Source: Tubiluchus corallicola
Lineage: Eukaryota; Animalia; Priapulida
Length of the DNA: 21,217 nt
Assembly: GCA_030141605.1 (NCBI GenBank)
Contig: JAQGDQ010001913.1
Coordinates: forward strand, 1-21,217
Reading direction: 5' to 3'
Below, one piece after another: positions 17,414-21,217 of the stretch; the stretch's first letter is position 1, and each line of letters opens with the position of its first letter. The notes beneath the pieces are model-generated. The model was not told the DNA's origin, searched no databases, and saw only the letters and a list, made by a program, of their open reading frames with translations. A program made the translations under genes and the position numbers.

Positions 17414-17965
17414 ATGAGAATGATCATTAGTGGACGGCACCTAGACATAACACCATCTATTAGGGAGCATGCAGAAAAAAAAGTAGGAAAAGTAAAGAGG
17501 TATTTTAATAACATATTGGAAGTTGATATAACCTTATCTGCAGAAAATAATAAAACAGGAAGACACCATACAGCTGATGTACTTATTTTTGTAAATGGTA
17601 GTAAAATAAAAGCTAAAGCTACTGATACAGATTTATATTCTGCGATAGATGAAGTAGTGCATATTTTAGAAAACCAGCTAGTTAAGCATAAAGAAAAAGT
17701 AAAAGATAACAAACACAGTATACGCAGTAAACTAAAAAAAGCAAATTCTTCCATAACAAAAGAAGAAATTGAAAATAAAGAAGTAAAAAAAATTATACCT
17801 ACCCATGTTTTTGCAAAACCAATGGATGTAGAAGAAGCTATCCTTCAAATGGAAACATTAGAGCAGGATTTTTATGTTTTTCTAAACTATGAAACCCAAG
17901 AATTAAATATTGTATACAAAAGAAGAGATCATGACTATGGGCATGTAGAGCCAATGTGGAAATAA
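17414..17965 (+). CDS. hpf: Ribosome hibernation promoting factor, long form (HPF/RaiA, S30AE family)
   Basis: N-domain MRMIISGRHLDITPSIREHAEKKV...DLYSAIDEVVHILENQLVKHKEK, plus the C-terminal dimerisation domain KPMDVEEAILQMETLEQDFYVFLN...IVYKRRDHDYG. ATG 17414 is preferred over GTG 17405 because that GTG lies inside the SD-like motif. Confidence 0.95.
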   Translation: MRMIISGRHLDITPSIREHAEKKVGKVKRYFNNILEVDITLSAENNKTGRHHTADVLIFVNGSKIKAKATDTDLYSAIDEVVHILENQLVKHKEKVKDNKHSIRSKLKKANSSITKEEIENKEVKKIIPTHVFAKPMDVEEAILQMETLEQDFYVFLNYETQELNIVYKRRDHDYGHVEPMWK

Positions 17966-17972
17966 AAGTAAT

Positions 17973-18010
17973 AAAACAAAAGAACTCACTGAGGTGGGTT
18001 CTTTTGTTTT
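17973..18010. terminator. Bidirectional intrinsic terminator between hpf and the sugar permease gene
   Basis: AAAACAAAAGAACTCAC-tgag-GTGGGTTCTTTTGTTTT is a 17-bp inverted repeat with one G.T pair, A/T tracts on both sides, located between convergent genes. Confidence 0.9.
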
Positions 18011-18046
18011 GTTTAAATATATAAATTTATAAGATAGATATTTTAA

Positions 18047-19228
18047 TTAATCTTTTTTATTTCTAGTATATATGTCAAACCAAACAGCTAATAATAAAAC
18101 CAAACCCTTTATGATAAGCTGATAGGAAGCATCTAGATTCTCTAATGACATCCCATTATTAATGGAAGCCATAACAAGGGCACCTATGATAGCTCCAAAG
18201 ACATTACCAACGCCTCCACTTGCTGATGCTCCACCAATAAAAGAGGCAGCTATAGCATCTAATTCAAAGAGATTTCCTGCAGATGGTGCAGCAGAATTAA
18301 GTCTTGCACTAAACATAATACCAGACAAAGCAGAAAGAACCCCCATAGATACAAAAACAGCCATTAAAGTTTTTTTTGCATTTATTCCTGAAAGCTTTGC
18401 AGCTTCAAGATTTCCACCAATAGCATATATGTGTCTTCCAACAACGGTTTTTTTAGTTATATAGGTGTATAAAATAACTAAAAGTATTACTATAATGGCA
18501 GCATATGGTATTCCTTTATATCTAGCTAAGCTAGTTGTGAAAAGTAAAATGAAGATAGAAACTAAAGCTAGTTTTATTGCAAAAATATAAATCGGTAGTA
18601 TATCAAAGCCATAGTTTTTTCTGCTTTTTCTTTTTATAAATTCAAATAATATATACAACAAAACAGCAATGATACCAATTATAATAGAAGTTATATGTAT
18701 CTGTCCATTAAAAAAATCAGGAAGGTATCCTCCTCCTATAGCTTTAAAGCTATCTCTAAAAGGTCCAATAGTTTGCCCTTGAGTTATCCATATAACAGCT
18801 CCTCTAAAAATAAGCATCCCTGCTAAAGTGACGATAAAAGCAGGTATTTTTCTAATTGCTACCCAGTATCCTTGCCATAACCCAATAACTACTCCTAAAA
18901 GAAGGGTAACAATGATAGTTGTAGCAGTATTAAATCCTTTTTGCACTTGCAATATAGCAGCGATAGCTCCAGTAAAGGCTGCAATAGACCCAACAGACAA
19001 ATCAATATGCCCAGATATTATAACAAGTACCATTCCAACAGCTAAAACAGCAATATATGCAGTTTGTAAATAAAGGTTTGTAAGATTTCTTGGTGTAAGA
19101 AAAGTGCCTTCTGTTAATATATTAAATACAATCATTATAATAAATAGAGCAATAAACATACCGTATTGTCTTATGTTATTTTTTATCATTCTTAATACTA
19201 TATTATTATTTTTCTTATCACTATTCAT
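18047..19228 (-). CDS. Monosaccharide ABC transporter permease (XylH/GguB/MmsB type)
   Basis: GMVLVIISGHIDLSVGS, IPAFIVTLAGMLIFRG, GRHIYAIGGNLEAAKLSGI, AGNLFELDAIAASFIGG. GGAGGAG SD and an 8-nt overlap with the ATPase gene. Confidence 0.95.
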   Translation of the reverse strand: MNSDKKNNNIVLRMIKNNIRQYGMFIALFIIMIVFNILTEGTFLTPRNLTNLYLQTAYIAVLAVGMVLVIISGHIDLSVGSIAAFTGAIAAILQVQKGFNTATTIIVTLLLGVVIGLWQGYWVAIRKIPAFIVTLAGMLIFRGAVIWITQGQTIGPFRDSFKAIGGGYLPDFFNGQIHITSIIIGIIAVLLYILFEFIKRKSRKNYGFDILPIYIFAIKLALVSIFILLFTTSLARYKGIPYAAIIVILLVILYTYITKKTVVGRHIYAIGGNLEAAKLSGINAKKTLMAVFVSMGVLSALSGIMFSARLNSAAPSAGNLFELDAIAASFIGGASASGGVGNVFGAIIGALVMASINNGMSLENLDASYQLIIKGLVLLLAVWFDIYTRNKKD

Positions 19229-20765
19229 ACTCTCCTCCTTGTTGTCCTGTTGCGTACATCATAATATTTTCTTGGGTAGCTTCTTTTTTATCAAATTCTT
19301 TTACAAACTGGCCTTCATGCATAACATAAACCCTATCACTCATCCCTAGAATTTCAGGTAATTCAGATGAAATCATAATTATGCTGTTTCCTTGAGATAC
19401 AAACTCATTCATAATACTATATATTTCATATTTTGCACCGACATCAATTCCTCTAGTTGGTTCATCTACTATGAGTACTTTTGGATTAGTTAGCATCCAT
19501 TTACTAAGGGCAACTTTTTGCTGGTTTCCTCCACTTAAATTGCCAACAGTTTCCTCAATGCTAGGTGTTTTTATTTTCATAGAATTTTTATACTTTTCAG
19601 CTTCTAATACTTCTTCATTAGCATTTATACTTAAAAATTTTTTCATATGTTCAAGGTTAGCTAAAGAAATATTTTTTTTAATATCATCAATTAGTATTAG
19701 TCCTTTTTCTTTTCTATCTTCAGTTAAGTAACTAAGGCCCTTATCAATAGCATCTTTTGGGGATTTAAAATCAACTTTTTCTCCATAAAATGAAATCTCA
19801 CCTTTTATATTTGATCCATAAGATTTACCAAATATACTCATGGCAAGCTCTGTACGCCCTGCTCCCATAAGTCCTGCAAGTCCAAGTATTTCTCCTCTTC
19901 TAACATTAAAGTTAATATTTTTTAAAAGAGGCTCATCAGTGTGTTCATGGTGATTTATAGACCAATTTTTAACTTCCATAATTACTTCACCAATATTAGA
20001 GTTTCTATCAGGAAAAAATTGATCTAAAGTTCTACCAACCATATGTTTTACTATTTTTTCTTCAGTTACTTCTTCTTTAGAGCAATCCATAGTAGTTATA
20101 GTTTGTCCATCTCTTAAAACTGTAATAGAATCAGCGACACTCATTACTTCTTTTAATTTGTGAGAAATAAGTATAGATGTAATTCCATGATCTCTAAGGT
20201 CTCTCAATATATTTAAGAGATTTTCACTATCATCTTCATTTAGAGCAGCAGTAGGTTCATCTAATATAAGTAACTTAACATTTTTTGATAAAGCCTTTGC
20301 TATTTCAACAAGCTGTTTTTTACCTACTCCTAAGTGACAAACCTGAATTTCTGGATTTTCCTTTTCTAAGCCTACTTTTTTTAATGCTTCTTTAGACTTT
20401 ATAATTGATTTATTCCAATCTATAATTCCATTTGTTTCAATTTCATTTCCTAAAAATATATTTTCAAAAATACTCATATAAGGAATAAGGGCTAGCTCTT
20501 GGTAAATAATTGCAATACCTATATTTTCACTATCCTTAATTTTATTAAATTTTTGAACTTTATCCTCAAAAATAATATCTCCAATGTAGCTACCATATGG
20601 ATAAACTCCACTTAATGTCTTCATAAGAGTTGACTTACCAGCGCCATTTTCTCCAATAAGACAGTGTATCTCACCTTTTTTTACCTTAAATGTCACATTA
20701 TCTAAGGCTTTGACACCAGGAAATTCTTTTGTAATACCTTTCATTTCTAAAATATGTTTTCCCAT
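19221..20765 (-). CDS. Monosaccharide ABC transporter ATP-binding protein with two ABC domains (XylG/GguA/MmsA type)
   Basis: GENGAGKSTLMK, LLILDEPTAAL, GLAGLMGAGRTEL, LSGGNQQKV, DEPTRGIDVGAKYEIY. GGAGG SD at 20775-20779. Confidence 0.96.
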   Translation of the reverse strand: MGKHILEMKGITKEFPGVKALDNVTFKVKKGEIHCLIGENGAGKSTLMKTLSGVYPYGSYIGDIIFEDKVQKFNKIKDSENIGIAIIYQELALIPYMSIFENIFLGNEIETNGIIDWNKSIIKSKEALKKVGLEKENPEIQVCHLGVGKKQLVEIAKALSKNVKLLILDEPTAALNEDDSENLLNILRDLRDHGITSILISHKLKEVMSVADSITVLRDGQTITTMDCSKEEVTEEKIVKHMVGRTLDQFFPDRNSNIGEVIMEVKNWSINHHEHTDEPLLKNINFNVRRGEILGLAGLMGAGRTELAMSIFGKSYGSNIKGEISFYGEKVDFKSPKDAIDKGLSYLTEDRKEKGLILIDDIKKNISLANLEHMKKFLSINANEEVLEAEKYKNSMKIKTPSIEETVGNLSGGNQQKVALSKWMLTNPKVLIVDEPTRGIDVGAKYEIYSIMNEFVSQGNSIIMISSELPEILGMSDRVYVMHEGQFVKEFDKKEATQENIMMYATGQQGGEYE

Positions 20766-20787
20766 ATGATTGATCCTCCAAAAGAAA

Positions 20788-20820
20788 TTAGAGATGGTAC
20801 TATAAAAAACCCATCTCTAA
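20788..20820 (-). terminator. Intra-operon stem-loop (attenuator or mRNA stabiliser) after the binding-protein gene
   Basis: TTAGAGATGG-13 nt-CCATCTCTAA is a perfect 10-bp stem. On the minus strand it is followed by TTTCTTTT and then the ATPase SD. Confidence 0.7.
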
Positions 20821-20834
20821 AAAATATATCAAAA

Positions 20835-21217
20835 TTAATTTAATGATTTTATATACCCACTATCTATTAAAATTCCTTTAAAATTATCTTTTGTAACAAC
20901 TTTAGGATCTAACAAAACAGAAGGAACCTCTACTTTACCATTATCAACTTTATTTGTAGCATCAGCTACATCTTTACCTTCTGCAATTTCTTTTGCCATT
21001 TCAATAGCTTTTTTTGCAACATCATTTGTATCTTTAAATATAGTCATTGCTTGCTTTTCATCTCTTATTCTTTTTATAGCAGCTACTTCAGAATCTTGTC
21101 CAGTTACAGGAATAGAAAGCCCCTGAGCTTCTAAAGCGTTTATAACTCCACCAGCAGTTCCGTCATTAGGAGCAAGGACAGCATTTACTTCGTTGTTGTT
21201 TTTAGAAAGTATATTTT
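20835..21217 (-). CDS. Sugar ABC substrate-binding protein (XylF/ChvE type), C-terminal part; the 5' end is outside the window
   Basis: The minus frame is open to the window edge: NILSKNNNEVNAVLAPNDGTAGGVINALEAQGLSIPVTGQDSEVAAIKRIRDEKQAMTIFKD...DNGKVEVPSVLLDP...LIDSGY. The 70-aa ORF in the track is only the tail. Confidence 0.92.
   Translation of the reverse strand, partial: NILSKNNNEVNAVLAPNDGTAGGVINALEAQGLSIPVTGQDSEVAAIKRIRDEKQAMTIFKDTNDVAKKAIEMAKEIAEGKDVADATNKVDNGKVEVPSVLLDPKVVTKDNFKGILIDSGYIKSLN

Noticed and set aside
10019-19731. Other short ORFs antisense to the adhesin C-terminus, lolC/E, hpf and the sugar ABC genes
   Set aside because: They overlap well-supported genes on the opposite strand almost entirely and show no recognisable motifs.

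Overview
AT-rich bacterial DNA. Fusobacteriota is my inference, from the lolC/E N-terminal remnant and the gene set. Bases 1-13341 are the 3' part of one giant surface-protein gene whose frame is already open at base 1. It contains 22 complete, indel-free 447-bp (149-aa) acidic DUF11-like Ig repeats, three Cys-paired Ig domains, one diverged repeat copy, a canonical DUF11 domain, a split SdrD-B-like domain with an OmpA-like domain nested inside it, and a short terminal OmpA-like domain. No beta-barrel, LPXTG, T1SS or T9SS signal is visible. Convergent with it is a membrane-anchored GGDEF-EAL gene in which both catalytic motifs are degenerate, so it is a candidate c-di-GMP receptor. Next come lolC/E (5' end apparently damaged), lolD, a long-form hpf and, on the minus strand, a xylose/multiple-monosaccharide ABC transporter whose binding-protein gene is cut by the window edge. 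The best candidate for an undescribed system is the peptidoglycan-tethered, possibly isopeptide-cross-linked giant adhesin, perhaps together with the neighbouring inactive GGDEF-EAL protein. Family names come from motif recognition only; no searches were run.
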